Shown here one piece after another: positions 1-14,799 of a stretch of DNA of 64,000 nucleotides (positions within the stretch are counted from its first letter, which is position 1; the number at the start of each line of letters is the position of its first letter). A model generated the notes under the pieces. It had not been told where the DNA came from, searched no databases, and saw only the letters and a program-made list of their open reading frames with translations. This DNA comes from Lama guanicoe (Eukaryota), in contig MU054187.1 in NCBI GenBank assembly GCA_013239625.1, forward strand, positions 5,963,757 through 6,027,756. The letters run 5' to 3'. A program made the position numbers and the translations under genes.

Positions 1-260
1 CTAGAGATGGCATTGTGGTTACAGCTAACAAGACTCTACTGTATTCTTCAAGTTACTAAGAAACTAAATCTTAAATGTTCTTGCCACAAAATGAAATATT
101 AAATGATGTAATGGAAGTACTAGCTAATGCTACAGTGGTAATCATATTGTGTTATATAAGTGTTCAAAATCAACACATTATACCCCTTAAATTTACACAA
201 TGTTATATGTCAGTTATGTTTCAATAAAAAATAATCCCTAAACAGTAAATAAATAAGTAA
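1..260 (+). mobile_element. Old L1 3' end fragment
   Basis: aatcttaaatgttcttgccac...ccttaaatttacacaatgttatatgtcagttatgtttcaataaaa, a typical L1M 3' terminus. Confidence 0.7.
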
Positions 261-364
261 ACCAATTCCTTCACAGCCATTTGATCTCACAGTTCTGTGG
301 TTACCGTGGTCTTCCTTTACTTCCTATATTAGATGACTACTTTCTTATCTGTAGAGTCTTTTAA

Positions 365-1970
365 GTCCAAAAAACCTAAGTAAATGGAGATATATAGCAT
401 ATTTATGGGTTGAAAAATATTTTTAAGATGTCAGTTCTTCCCGAATTGATCTAAAGATTCATTGTAATCCCAATCAAAATTTTTTAGACTTTTTTTAAGC
501 AGGTAGAAATTGACAGGCTAATTTTAAATTTATATAAAAATGCAAAGGTCATAAAATAACCAAAATTGGAGGATTTACTGGTTTCAGTAATAGTGATTTC
601 AAGATTTATTATAAACCTACTGTAATCAGTCTGATATTGGCATAGACAGACATCGATCAGTGAAACAAAGCAAGAAATTCAGAAGTAGATCCATGTGTGT
701 ATAGTCAGTTAATTTTTTGACAAAGATACCAAGGTTCAGTGGTGGAAGGGGTAAACTTTTTGTCAGATGGTACTGGAACAATTGACTAGCAACATGCAAA
801 ACAGTTAACCTTACCTCACACCTTATACAAAAATTAACTGGAAATGAATTACAGACTAAATGTAAGAACTAAAAGTAAAAAAAAAAAAATTCTAGAAGAA
901 AGCATATAAAATCTTAGGGATTCTGGTTTTGTCAAACATTTCTTAAATAGGACAGAAAAAACTATAAAATAGGGGGAATATCAATAAATTACACTTCACA
1001 AATTTTAAAACTTTTGCTCTTCAAAAGACAGCTCCAAACATGAAAAGGAAAGCTACAGACTAGGAGAAAATATTTGCAAAACATATTCAGCAAAAGATTT
1101 GTGTCTAGAATACATGAAGAATCTTAAAAATTCATTAATAAAAACCCAACCCACTTTTAAAAAATGAGCAAAAGGTCTGAACCAGCATTTCATGAAAAAG
1201 ATACATGGATGGCAAGTAAGCAAATGAAAATATTTTACACCACTAATCATAGGGGAAATGCAGACTAAAACTTCATTGATATATTTATTTGTACCATTAC
1301 ACAGTCACTGAAATGGCTAAAATTAGAAGTTTAATTTACCAAGTATTGGCAGGGATATGGAAGAATGGAAACTAATACTGCTGGTGGGAATGTATAAATC
1401 CAACTATTTTGCGAAACAATTTGGTGGTTTCTTAAGAGAATAAACATACATTTGCCATACCACCTAACCGTTTCACTCCTAGGTGTTTACCCAAGATACA
1501 TGTGCTTTACACAAAAAATTACACACGAACATTCATAGTGGCTTTATTTGCAGCAGCCCAAACCTGGAAACAAGCCAGAATTCAATGAACAGGTGAATGG
1601 ATAAGTTGTGGCACAGGCATATAATGGGATACCACTCAGCAGTAAAGAGGAATGAGCTATTGATGTATGCCACAAAGTGGATGCATCTCAAAATAATTAT
1701 GCTGGGAGGAAAAGAAACAGACAAAAAAGAAGACATACTGTGTGATTCTATTTACATAAAATCCTAGAAAATGCAGGCTAATCTATAATGACAGAAAGCG
1801 GATACTAGTTGCATAGGGAACTGGGGGAGGAAAGGATGGATTACAGTGAGGTGTGAGGGAACTTTGGAGAGGCTGATGGCTTTACTGTTATACATATGTC
1901 AAAGTTGTCGAATTTTGTATTAAATGTGTAGTTTCTTTTATGTCAGTTATATTGCAAGAAAACTATAAAA
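365..1970 (+). mobile_element. Ancient L1 (L1M), ORF2 3' part plus 3' UTR, degenerate
   Basis: taaatggagatata...tgtcagttcttcccgaattgatc, ccttatacaaaaattaact, ggagaaaatatttgcaaa, gctggtgggaatgta, gaatggataagttgtgg are canonical L1 motifs. Confidence 0.9.
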
Positions 1971-2043
1971 GCAGTATAACAAATACTACACTGCATAGAT
2001 CAAATTTTTTAAAATATTATTCTAATTGAAGTTTGCTGTAAAA

Positions 2044-2110
2044 ATAGTGATCCCTCCACAACCATTGGGGATTGGTTCCAGAACCCCCCACAAATGTCAG
2101 AATCCTTTTA
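2044..2110 (+). mobile_element. Tigger/MER2-like DNA transposon terminal fragment
   Basis: ccctccacaaccattggggattggttccagaacccccca resembles the MER2/Tigger terminus. Confidence 0.5.
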
Positions 2111-5100
2111 AGATCAAAGCTGTTAGAAGCTTTAGTCTTTGTAACATGGAGTATTCTTACTACCATTCGGTGGTGACGTATGAAATAAAAAGAATAAAGA
2201 GAATCTTCATACTTTGCTCTTACTAGTGTTTTCCGTGTGCCTGAAACAAGGTGGGCGGCAGCTTACTGGTGGCTCACATGTGACTGATGCCCACCAGGAG
2301 ATCATAGTCCAAGGTGTGGAAAGAGCAGAGTATAGTCATGCAGAAGGTGTTTCTGATGATTATAGACGGGGGGCCCTTATCATTAGAATACAGTAGCTGT
2401 GGAAAGACATTTTAGGGAAGGAACTAGGAGGAAGGGAAAAGAGCGTATGACATGCAAAGATGAGTGGAAATGAACAGAGATCAATGAGGGGAGTATTATT
2501 AGATGAGGTGAATTGGGGTAGACATGGAAACGGTGAAAAAGCACTTTTTGAATTAGATGAATTAAGCAGTAGGGAACCAGTGGAAAGATTTGAGGACAAT
2601 GACCTAGTCAAAATGACAGGTGACATAGATTTTTCTTAACTATGGCATTTGAAATTAGTTATACAAAAAACAGGAAGCAGAGTCTACAAAGACGGAAGTT
2701 TCTAGTAGTCGAAGGATTATGATTCTCTAAACAAAAGACGAGCATAAATTTAGAGAGTGGTTTAGAAAGAATGATACTTAAGTAATGAAAGCAACTTAAA
2801 TGGGATTAGTGGGGATGAAAAGTCAGAGAATATGATTTTTTGCCTGGAAAACTGAGGAAACAACCAAAGTAAAGAAGGGTGATAAAATAAAACAGGTCAT
2901 GAAAACAGTACCACTTCCTTTTTTCTAAAGAAACCCCTCAGATGTACACATCCTTCACCTTCTTTGCTGAGGTAACATTTGCAGATGCAACCATAATCAG
3001 AGGGAGCCTGGGAATAACTTTAACTATCCCAGAATAAGGGGTTCTTTAAATAAATACGGCATATGCATAAAATGGGATAAAGGGCAGCGGGCAGTAGGTA
3101 TTTTCTGAAAGATTTTGTGTAATGGAAAGCTAATTTTCCCTTGAGAATGATTATCAGATAAGGGGGCTGAACTTCACTGTTGCTAGCTATCGCCCGCACC
3201 ATTTTCGTTCCTACTAGAGTATAAGCTCCAGGAGACCAGGGTGGGGGTTGGGGGAGTTGGGTTTTTGTCTGTTTTGTTGAGTAGCCTGTCCCCAGATCCA
3301 GGAAAGGGTTTGTCACGCAGGAGTCCCTCGGATTATGTCAGGTGAACCGTCCTTGTCCAGTTACGCTGTGATATTTGCACACTGAGTTCGCCTGCTTTTA
3401 ATGCTCTCATCTGACCACTGCTGTCTCATAGCCAGTTAGCTGTAACTGTTGATTTTATTTCTCACCAGAGAAGACATCTGATATAAATCTGTCAAGATAA
3501 TAGGTGTCAAGGCTAGGTAGAAGTACGTGGGTATTACATTGTCCTCCACCCTTCTTTGTATGCCTATTTTATAACAGTAAAGTTTAAAATTTTTTACATG
3601 GCATGTCCTTACAGTTCTCTCTTGTAGTATTTTATATCAAACTTTCTTTCCAACATTCAGATTTTTCAGAGTTTTTTCCAGCCCTCACACCACCAAGTGA
3701 ATTGCTTAGATGGCATTTTATAAATAGTAAAATATTTCTAAAGTATAACAACTTGGAAGGTTTTAAAATAGTCACCAGAGTCACTCACAGAAGTTTCAGT
3801 TACGGAAATGATAGTGAGTGATAATGAGCTGCTTATAAGTTAACTGTGTGAACATGATTGACAGCTTATCCAGTCAGCCCCTTGGAAGGAGGGCAATTCC
3901 TGGTGACTTTCATTAAGTTGAAACATTGACATTACTTAGTTTTGGGTGAATGAGACCTCAACGTCTTTTTTTTGTATTAGCCCTGATTTATGTAACTTAG
4001 ATTTGCGTAAAATACTACCATTCTGTACTGTGCACTCAGCGAAAGTAACATTGAAAAAGATGACAAAAAGATACCGGAAAATGACCCATGAAATAGTAAG
4101 TGAAAAAAAAAATACAATGAATAGTAGCTATGAGTGTATTCTAGTAGGAAAGAGGCAGACTGTGATAGAAGAGCAGTGCAGAGTTACATTCACACTTCAC
4201 CGCAGTCCCTGCCTCATCCTGGGCTGCTCTCACCAAACTTGTGAATGGTGATATGTCCACTTGATGAGCTATGATCATGAATATATGTAAAACAGTCACT
4301 TTCAGGTAGAAAAACGTAATTGATTTTACGTATTATGTGTGTGCCTACATAACAATTCTATGAAATAGTGGGTGATTTATTCTGATGTTTTCTAATTCTT
4401 TTTTTTTTTTTTTTTCTTTTTTAAATCTCTTTATGGCCTACTAAAGTGGTTTTACAATTCACTGTCATGGCTCAGTTTGAAAAATAGTACTTTGGGAAAC
4501 TTTGGGCACATGTGTGCAAAAAAAAGTATAAAATTACATAATAACATTATTTATAATAATGAAAAATTGTAAATAACTATGTCAGATGGAGAATTTAAAA
4601 TGTGTTGGCTTCATCTGATAGAATGTAATACAGCAGTCAAAAATTAAGAAACTAGATCTATATATATTATGAAAATCAATCTGAAAAACATAATGTTGAC
4701 CAAAATTAACAAGCTGTAGAACAACAAAATTAACAAGCTGTTGTCTGGCTGTAAACATGAGTATAAACATCAAATCATGCACAAGAACAGCAAACACAGA
4801 GTAGTGGTTATGAGGTAAGAAGGAAGAGAAGGAGATGAGGAGCAGACAGGCACACAGGAGGTGTTTCAACTCTAACTATTGATTTTATTTCTCAACAGAA
4901 AAGAAATCTGATAAAATATTACATGTCATATAAAATAAAATGTCAAAGTAATATGTGTCAAGGCTAGATGGAAGCACATGGGTAGTATTCTCCATTCTTT
5001 TCTGGACACTTAAATTTATAGTAGTTAAAGTTTAATTTTTTTCTAACAGTAAAACACTTAAAGGAGACTGCTGCTTTTTTACCCCTATCTTGACTAATGC

Positions 5101-5679
5101 AATTCCAGTATGATAAAAATGAATGCCATACTTTGTCCAGAATTTCTAGCTTAGACTTTTGTTTCTCTCTCTCTTTTTCCACTATCAGTTTTACTGGGAA
5201 TTAAACTAACTGGACTAATCATCTAATTTAATGTTTCTATAGTACTTTGAATTTTATTTAGCAATTTCCTATAGCTTCTGAGAATTGTGCGACTTGTTTT
5301 AATCACAGTCATAGAATCCCATTCAGTCTGGCTGAAGGATGAGGATACCAGGATGGTCTTGCTCTCTCAACTTACTATGTTGAGTAAGACAGTTTCCTTC
5401 TTTGGAAACCCATTTCAAAGGTAGGGTTTGGGGGGGGCTACATGTTACCTTTTGGTTTCTCCAGTTTTAGCATTCTAGGACTCTAACTTAGAATATTTCT
5501 TTAGTTGGATTGTTAGTTCTTTGAAACTAAGCAGTGTGCACTTTGACCCTCATAATACTCAGAATAATGCAGTTGATGATTGCATGTTAAAAAATTAATT
5601 GAAAGAATGATCAGCTCAACTTTGAATCTTATGGTACGTTTTGCACAGATGCCTCCAGTTGTACTAGGTTAGTTGGTAA

Positions 5680-5835
<156 letters not shown>

Positions 5836-7639
5836 TAAATGTTTATCCTTTTACTTAATAGAAATTTTTTATATACGTTAATATTCATTTGTTGACACAT
5901 CTCCCACCAGCTTTTTAGTCACTGATAGTCTTTGAGTGTCATAAAGTAGGAAAATTTCTTCCCTTTGAAATGCCTTGTGACATTTATCTTATCTCAGGCT
6001 CTATAATGAGCTTTGTCTTGAAGCCAGAATGCTTTAACACGCCTTTGTATATACTTTCTGTAAAATCTTTTTTATGTTGCTTAAGAGGGAAAAAAAGAAC
6101 ACTAATGAAATTTGGGAAATGTTTCAAGACACTAAACATTTATAGCTATTTGTATCCATTCCTGCTTAAATAGGGAAAATATTACATTATTGCTATGTAG
6201 CATATAAAGCGTGGGAATTCTGCCATCTTTAATAAATATAATTTGTAGTATCTCAGTTATTTCCATTAATCAGCCTGAACTGTGGAAGTTTTCTAAACAC
6301 ATTATGTTCTTTTATGCTTTATGTAGTGGATATGGTATTTATTTACTATACATACAGAAGTAGATGGTTAATCCTCTCTAAATGTATTACTACACTCTGT
6401 TTTATAAAAAAGCAGAAATGAGGCTAAGAAATATGTAGTTTGCCCAGAGGTTTGCTGGAATTTCCATCTTTTGGGTAAGAATCTTAAGAGCAGCTACAGA
6501 AAGGGATTCTAGAAGACGGATGATTGGAGAATCTCTTGTTCAAAGATAGCAGAGGACGGGGTCTTAGGCCGCAGGTAGCACTGTGCCTTCAACATAGTAG
6601 ATAGTGAGTGAATGTTTATGAACAGTAATACTTGGGGTGTTTCTAATTAACGGTTGAACCCAGAAATTGACTGCAGTCATTCAGCAGCGTTTGTGTTTCA
6701 CTGAAGAATTCTTTTTTAGCTAAAATCTTACACTTACATAGATCCTTGATGAGGTGCTCTGTGATTGTCCTTAATGCTTTTCCTACAGGCTCCAACTAAT
6801 GCTTTACCTGTTGTTGCCAATAATTACAACTTGATAACATACAAGAATAATGCTTTGCTTTACATAGCAACTGCAGAAATCCATAACTTAAAAGAGACAT
6901 CTAAAGCTGCCTGTTTCAGTGAGGCACTCCTTACAGAGGTATGGATTTGAAACCGTAAGGACCAACATGTGGGGCTTTCAGGACATCTGAAACATGTCCT
7001 TATTACCAGTTAACAGTGGATTTTCTCGTTGATTTTGAGAACCATAAAGCCAAAAATGTCTGCATTTTATGAAAGAACTATGCTATGAAGTCAAGTGACA
7101 AGGCATCAACAACTGGAAAGTGATCTTCGATTTCTCTTCCGACTCTAATGCTTTTGTGTTCATTTTTCTCATTTTTAACAAGTAACAGGTATTTACTTGT
7201 AAGCAGCAAATTACCATTGTCATTTGGCTGAACAGTTAAATGAAATATATTTCATTAATGTTTTGGCAGCACTTACTATGGAAATTCTGTATCTGTGGTT
7301 AATAATAAAAATGTTTAAATTTGATCTGGTCAGGAGTTTCTCATACTTGAGAAAATAGCAGTTTTTACTTAATCATGTAAATTAATTTACCTCTTGGAAG
7401 CCAAAGATATCAAGAAACAATCTTCTTAGATTCCATTTTTAAAGGACACATAGATAAGCATTACATAGTATAATCATCAGAGATTTTACCTAAAAGCTAA
7501 AAATACTTCATGATAAAAGTATTTTAAGATGGTTGAAGCCCATTCTGTGATGCAAAAAGGGTGAAACCAACCTGAATCTCTTTGCATAACTTAGAAATGG
7601 ATTGAATATGAAAAAAATAAAGGGCCCCTGCATCTCGGA

Positions 7640-9380
7640 AGATGGAGTAGACTCGCTTTCATGTATTCCCCCTTCTAAGTACAGCTAAAGCACTGAGCAC
7701 CGTGTGTGAAACAGTTAGAAGAAGAAGACTGAAAGGCCGAGAAAAGAACAGCCAGTTGGAGACCTGGAGACCTGAGGAATGACATGACTGTGACTTCCCT
7801 TGGCTTTCTTTTTGCCTCATATACCTCAGACTGAGTACTAGAGAAACTGGCAATCCAGAAAGGCCAGGTATAGGGGGGGAAAATGCCTACTCTCTCACCA
7901 GAGGGCTGGGAAAACAGCCTCACAAAACAGAAAAGTTATTTAAAAAAAAAAACTACAGCCAAATATCAAAGAAAAAATTATGTTGCTGTTTCCACCATCA
8001 CCTGGCTGTAATGAGGTTTTCCCATGCTCCTCATTTCTCTGGGAGTGGTGTCAGAGGAAGCCAGCTGAAGCATATGCTTAAGTAAGATCCAGAGTCTCAT
8101 AACACAGTATCCAGAATGGCCAGGTTTCAGTAGAAAATCACATACCTAGAAGTGGGAAGATCTCAAACTGAATGGGGAAAAAAAATCAATATATGCCAAC
8201 AGCAGGATGACAGAGATGTTAAAATTATCTGACAAAGATTTTTTTTAGGCAACCATCATAAAAATGCCTCAGCAAACAATTTTAGGAGCATGCTTGAAAC
8301 ATGAAAAATAGACTCAGCAAAAGAACTACAAGATAAAAAGAAGAACAAGATAGAAATTTTAGAACTGATGAGTGTAACAACAAATTTAGAACAATGGATG
8401 GAATCAACAGCAGAATGACGGGGACAGAGGGAGGAAGCAGCGAATTGGATGGTAGAGCAGTAGGAACTACTCAGCCTCCACTACAGAGTTGAGCAGGGGA
8501 GAAAGGCGAACAGTGCCTCAGGAACCTGGCGGGCTGTAGCAGAAGCACTGACATATTGTCAGAGTCCTAGAAGGAGAGGAGAAAGAAGATAACTCTGAAA
8601 AAGTACTCAAAGAAGTAATGACTGAAAACTTGCCAGAAGTGACAGAAGATTCAAACCTACAGATTCAAGAACCTGAGCCAACTCCAAACAGGGTAAACCT
8701 AAAAAGTCCACACCAGGACAAACTTATGTCCATAGTCAAATCTCTGAAAGCTGAAGACAAAGAAAAAATCTTGAAAGCAATTCCTTACCTTGTCGATTCA
8801 AATGACAGCAGGTTTCTCATCAGAAGCCATGGAGGTCAGAAGGAAATAGCACATTTTCTTAATAGGTGAAAAAAAAAAACCTTCAAATTCACAATGCTAG
8901 AACCAACAAAAAGATCCAGGGATAAGGGGAAATCAGAGCATTTTCAGATGAAAGAAAAGCAAGAATTTCTCAGTAGATCTACCGTAAGAGAATGGCCAAA
9001 GAAATGATCTAGCACAATTAACTAACAGAAATGAGATGATGAAAGAATCTTGGAAGAAGGAGCACCAGTAACCAAAAGTGTGAATAATTACGATCGACTT
9101 TTTTCTTACAACTTTTAAGTCTTATAGATTACATTTGGCAGTTGAAGCAACATGGTTCTCAGTATAGGAAGTACCATAAAACCATGGCGGAGAAAGGGAG
9201 CCAGCAAAGGAGGTCAGGTTGCCACACTTCACTTGATTTGGTAAAATGACAGCACTAATAGACTGTGATACTCAGAGCAGCTACTAAAAAACATACAAAG
9301 AGGCACACTAAAAACAATAGATACATCAATGTAGAATTCTAAACAATGTTCAGTTAACCCTCAGAAAGACAGAAAAAAGA
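7640..9380 (+). mobile_element. Ancient L1 5' region / ORF1 remnant
   Basis: ORF 8618-8869 (ENLPEVTEDSNLQIQEPEPTPNRVN...EDKEKILKA) resembles L1 ORF1p; flanks A-rich and L1-like. Confidence 0.85.
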
Positions 9381-9393
9381 AAACTGAGTTCAA

Positions 9394-9539
9394 GGGGGAG
9401 GGTATAGCTCAAGTCGTAGAGCGCGTGCTTAGCATGCACGAGGTCCTGGATTCCATCCCCAGTGCTCCCTCCAATTACCTACCCCCCTAAAAAATAATAT
9501 AAATAAATAAATAAAATTTTAAAATAAATTTTTAAAAAG
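9394..9539 (+). mobile_element. tRNA-derived SINE (Vic-1-like)
   Basis: GGGGGAGGGTATAGCTCAAG A box, B-box-like GATTCCATCCC, A-rich tail; TSD CTGAGTTCA at 9384 and 9540. Confidence 0.9.
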
Positions 9540-12500
9540 CTGAGTTCATTCATGACCTCTATGCATGTCAGACTTTAAAACAATTAAGTACATCATTAAG
9601 TGAAGAGCATTTGTATGACAGTACACGTTTATCCATTACTTTACTTTTTACATCCCCTGTATTAAAGCATTTTGGTGGGCTCACAATACAGTAAGATTGA
9701 TGGAGCTGCTATTTTAAATCAGTTTAAACAGTGTCACCATCCCCCACACATGCATCATCTGGCTTTAGAAGTTATCACCATTTTGATGATCATATTTTAT
9801 TATGTGCCCTTTTTTAAAGCAAATTCCAGAAATATTTTACCTATAAGAATTTTAACAGCAGTAATTTAATAAAGTATGTCCATCATACCATTATTATACT
9901 TAACAAATTTACCACTAATTCCTTAGTAATATCTGATACCACGTCTGAATAACATCTTTTTTTTTTTTTACTTCATTTGGCAATTAATGATGGAAAACAA
10001 GTACTTAGTTTCTTTCTTTAGGGTCAGAGAAGACTAACAAAAGGTGTTCTTTCCCCTTTGACAAAGAAGAGGGAGGAGGGAGAACTGAGCCAGCAGCTAT
10101 CAGACGTCCACCTGGCCGCGGGCACTCAGCACCAGTTCCTGTGGCAGGACCACTGAGAACTGTGCAGCTCGTAAAATTACAGTGTATTCTGTCTGGGATT
10201 TAAGCAAGAGTTCGCCTGCTAGCATTAGATCCAGAGGAGAATCGTGATGAAAACAAGGGGGAAGTACATTAAATTTACAGGGTCCTTAGATTCTTGGTCA
10301 CTTAGGCTTGGGATTGGAGGAAATAGTAATCCATTTCAGAGAACTTTGCGTACCCTTTGTTTTTGCTTTCTAAGGACTTGGACTGGCCTGGTTGCGTTAC
10401 CCTCCATGGGAGAGGCAGTTTTGCACAGTGGGTAGAAACTTGAGCAGCGGGCTCAGACAGGAATTTATCCTCAGCTTGCTGCCTGAATTTGGAGAGCTGA
10501 GCGTGTGAGGAGTTGAAAAAGTAAGGCAGGTGTCCTAGTGACGCGCCCTGGTCACCTGGTGAGAGCTGTGGTTCGCGTTTGGGCAGCTCTCAGAATGGCA
10601 GTGTCCTCTTTTCGTGGAATCTATCAGAATTACTCGGTTCCTAGCCAATTCTTGGCTCTCGTGTGCAGAGAAGTTAGGGAACTCTAGTATTGAGGGCAAA
10701 ACTTTCTTAAAAGCCATTTTTTAATATAAATTATTTAAAGATAATTATGTTAAAAGATAGAATGATTTATACCAATGCCAGTGTCCTGAACATGGACTGT
10801 CTGACTAAGGGTTCTTTTTAGAAGTTTAAAACTATGTGAGTATTCACTAAGATTAACCCTATCTGGTGCATTGATGATTCCTTTCAGTTTAAAACTACAC
10901 CTGTTCCCTTTTCCTGCTGTGCTGTAGTCTCTTTTTATATTTTAACCAAGATCTAGTTATTAGTATGCAAGTCGAGACCATGAAGTTTAACTCCTATAAG
11001 AGATTGGACAATTTGTATTATAAGGTAACGCCGTTTTTCCAGCATTAGTTGAGTTGTTGCTGGAAGTAGGTTTCCTGTTCATCTGTGGGTGTACTGATTA
11101 CTCAGCATCATGATTTCATCCACGAAGGATCTCTTGAGGGGAAGAAGGTCAAAGAGGTGTTAGAGAAAAATGCACAGGATAGCTCTCCATAAAAAAGAAT
11201 TACCTAGTCCAAAATGTCAGTAACACTGAGCTAGAATAATAGGATACAATTAAAATCTATAAAGTGAGGCACCAACGTCTCAGCATAATACACGAATCCT
11301 CTTTATTTAGTGGTAGGTAAGATGGTGTATGTTTTGATCTTTAAAATGTTTCATTTCAGTGACAACCTAAGGGAGAGAATAAAGCCTGGAAAATCTTGAT
11401 ACGAAGGGGCATCACTTCTGTTTTATGGGCAATCTCTGACCTGTATGTTCTGCAGTGAGTGTCCTCAGCTGTTTTCAGCATCTTCCTGGTGGTGCTGACA
11501 CCGGTGCTCTGCTTGCAGCGTCTTGGACTTTGTATCCCCTTCCCTGCAGCCTCTGACCTGCCAGCTGGGCTGCTTTTACCAGTGTTTATGGTGCTGATCT
11601 TTACCTGGGGTCTTAAAAAATGGCACCCAGGACTATGCGTCTAATTTTTTTCCAAATCATTTTCTAAAGAGCATAGAAATGAAATGATACCCTAGTTTGC
11701 CTACACTAGGTATTGCTTACAAAAGTAGAATTTCTGAGATAAGATCTACTGTCTAATAGATGGGTATCATTTTACATTTATAAAATCATTTATAAGATGA
11801 ATACACACAGATGTGTATATACACAAAGAAATATTTATTATATATATACAGACACAGAAAGCTTTCTCAATATAAAACCTCTCTATTAGCAAACTCCTGC
11901 GGTACACAAGTGTTGTGTTTAAGATACTTGTTTCCAAACTGTAAATTATAATTTCCAAGTTACAAGTTATAATAAGGGAATTCATCTCTCCTATGGAGTG
12001 GATTTTCATCAGTTTTATACAACTTAGGACGGCTCCAAACGTGCAGTTACCATTTTCTTTTTTGTTATTCACCGAAGACATACACCCTTAAATGTGGTAG
12101 TGGAAGTACACCCCAGAATTTATCTCCTAAACGTCAGCGAGATCAGAAAGCCAATTTCAACCACAACACTCTTGTCTACATGGTATTCCCACAGTAATAG
12201 GAGACCAGAGCTCATGCTTTACATCCTCAATTCCCATTCCTGATTGTTAAACTTAATGTTTGGATGCTGTGCACATATATTTGAGTGCATAGCATACGGG
12301 GCGAGGGGGGAGAACCTTACTTGTCTGTCATTTAGTTAAGTGAATGCACAGAGCATTTATAGGGTCATCACATTTTATATTAAGAGAATGAAGCTTAGGC
12401 TCTTTTATTTCTGGCTGACAAAAAAGAAGAAAAGATGATTTTGACCTCCCATTTTACTGAAGATTTTACCGATAAGGAAGTAAGAGCCAACCATGTGACG

Positions 12501-14799
12501 AGCAGTAAATATTTTTGAATTATTCGTTTGACTTCCATTTTCACCTGAGACTTGAAGGTTATAGAGGACCTCACTCAAGCTATGCCTGCCTGGGAGCTGC
12601 CCCCTCCCCCGCTAGCTACACCCCTCCTCAGCTGCCACCCTCTGGCAGTTCATTCCAGAACCACACCTTTGTTCAGTGTCCTACTCTGCAGCGTTCTTGG
12701 AAGATGTGACCTCTCAGGGCTGTCCTGTGACAGACTGGGGGGTTGGTATGAAGAGTATGAGATGCTCTGACCGATGGACTCTGGCGATCTCGGTGGTCAT
12801 GGGTGATGTCAGCACTGAGAAGGAGTCTTAGAAGTGCAGAATTTCTTTCAGAAGTATTTTCACATGATTAAAACTTGCCAGGTACCTGAAAGAGTAATGC
12901 TGCTGTATACTTGTATGGCACGTTGTCAGAGTTCTCTCACCTACGTTAGCCCCGTTTTCCAGAGAGGACTCGAACCAGGTGCTCCGGGTTCCCCTTTCTG
13001 CCTGCCACACGGTGGAGCGTGGCAGTGCTGAAGACCGGCCTCCCCTCCTTTGAGGAGCATGAATTAAAACAATCACTTCTGCATAGGGTTGCGTGGTCAA
13101 ACGAGCTTAGAAGGAGCTGAATCTATACCTTGCTTTTAGAAAACCAGAATTCACGATAGTGTATTAGTGTCTGAAAACCCACTGTTAAGAACCTTGTTGG
13201 CTTTTATTTAGCCCAGAGGTTTCCGAGTGTGATTTAGCCATCCCTCCCCCCGCCCAAAGAAATACTTTATCATGACCCCTGTATGTTTGTCTGACCTTCA
13301 TCCTTATTTTTCACATTGGCTCAACGTCGGGACAGAATTCCTTGAAAACAGGCTATCTTTTCATCTCTGCCTCTCCAACACCCAGCATAGTTTCTCCCAC
13401 ACGCAGTAGATAAATGTTTGGATGGTTAAGTATTTACTTAATTGTTTTAACCTTGCCCCTCTCCCTGCAGTCTCCAGTCAGCTTATGCTTTGTTCCCACT
13501 TGTTAACTTGCAGGTGGAATTCTGTCCGGAACATTCTTGTCCCTAAGCGTTCTAAAACCTACGAGATTTTTGAAAATGCATGTGATGAACAGTTGGCTTC
13601 TCCTTTGTGTGGGTGTTCCCTCTAGTAGCTGCCTGGGGTCTTTGTGATTTGGAAGGGTGTTTTCAGGCCCAGGAATAACTGTGGCAAAGATTACAGCAGG
13701 CTAGCGAAGGTACTTTCTGAAAGCCAGAGGCCAACTTTTTGAAGATGTCAAAATACTCCAGAAGTGATATAGTTACCTCTATAAGTCCTTCCCTGTTTTC
13801 CTCTGTGTATTTTCCCTCAAAATTAAAATTTTATTTTCTCAGAGTTGCCAAAACTTACAGTGTTATATTCCCTCTAGGACCTAAAGGCGATTGTGGTGTG
13901 AATAATGGTTAAACATATTATTGTCAAACAGCTGCCACATTGTCACACATCCCTCTCACTCCCTTAGCCACTTGATGGGTGATGTTTCCCTATATTCATC
14001 AGTTTTACTTAAAATTAAGATTGGGAATTTATGTAAAATCAGGAAAACATAAACGTCAAAAATGTTGAGGCTGAACTTTAGTAATTAAAACTATCTTAAA
14101 CTATTGAACAGTCAGAGCTGGGAATTCCTGCTTAGCTGCTGAAGTACTAAAGATACCAAGATAATAGCTAATAAAAACACGGCCAAGATTGCAGCCACGT
14201 GCAAGCCATCTAACCTGACAGGATGGCTGGGTTTCTATGACTGGGGGAGGTGGCGGGGGACATGACGATAAGACTTTAGTAACTAAGAAGACCAGTTCCT
14301 GTCCCGGTACTGGGAAATCTACTGACTGGCTTTGCACTGAGGCGATGTCTTCCTTGCCATGGGCTGTGTCGAAAGTGGTGGAACAGGTGTTTTTCTGTAC
14401 AGCTGGAATGTGGCTGTAAACTGAAGGCTTTGTTGTCCCCTTAACCCTGTGCTCGGTGTCCTGGGTACCACAGGGCTTTTCACTGGAAATCTGACCTGAC
14501 CACATCAGGCTTCCAGCATCCCTTGAGGGGAGCTTAGTGTAAGAAATATTTACTACTCTCTTCCACAGATTGGAAGGCTTTGCCAACTGGCGTCAGCTTC
14601 GCCACCTCTTGTTTGGCCGTCACCCTAGGGAACTTCAGGAATGATCCAAACCAAAGTCAACTTTGAAAATTACATCCATTTTCTGTGCTTCTAAACCAGA
14701 ATAGCTCACCATTTCTGAAGAAAATCGTGCTGTTAGGTGCCTGTCACGCCCTTACAGGGTCCCACAGCTGTGTAGGTCAGCAGCCACCAAGACTTCCTC

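Noticed and set aside
8618..8869. 83-aa ORF as a host gene
   Set aside because: It is an L1 ORF1 remnant
9394..9475. tRNA gene-like sequence (also the other seven copies)
   Set aside because: Degenerate stems, shared non-tRNA tail, A-rich end and TSDs show these are SINEs
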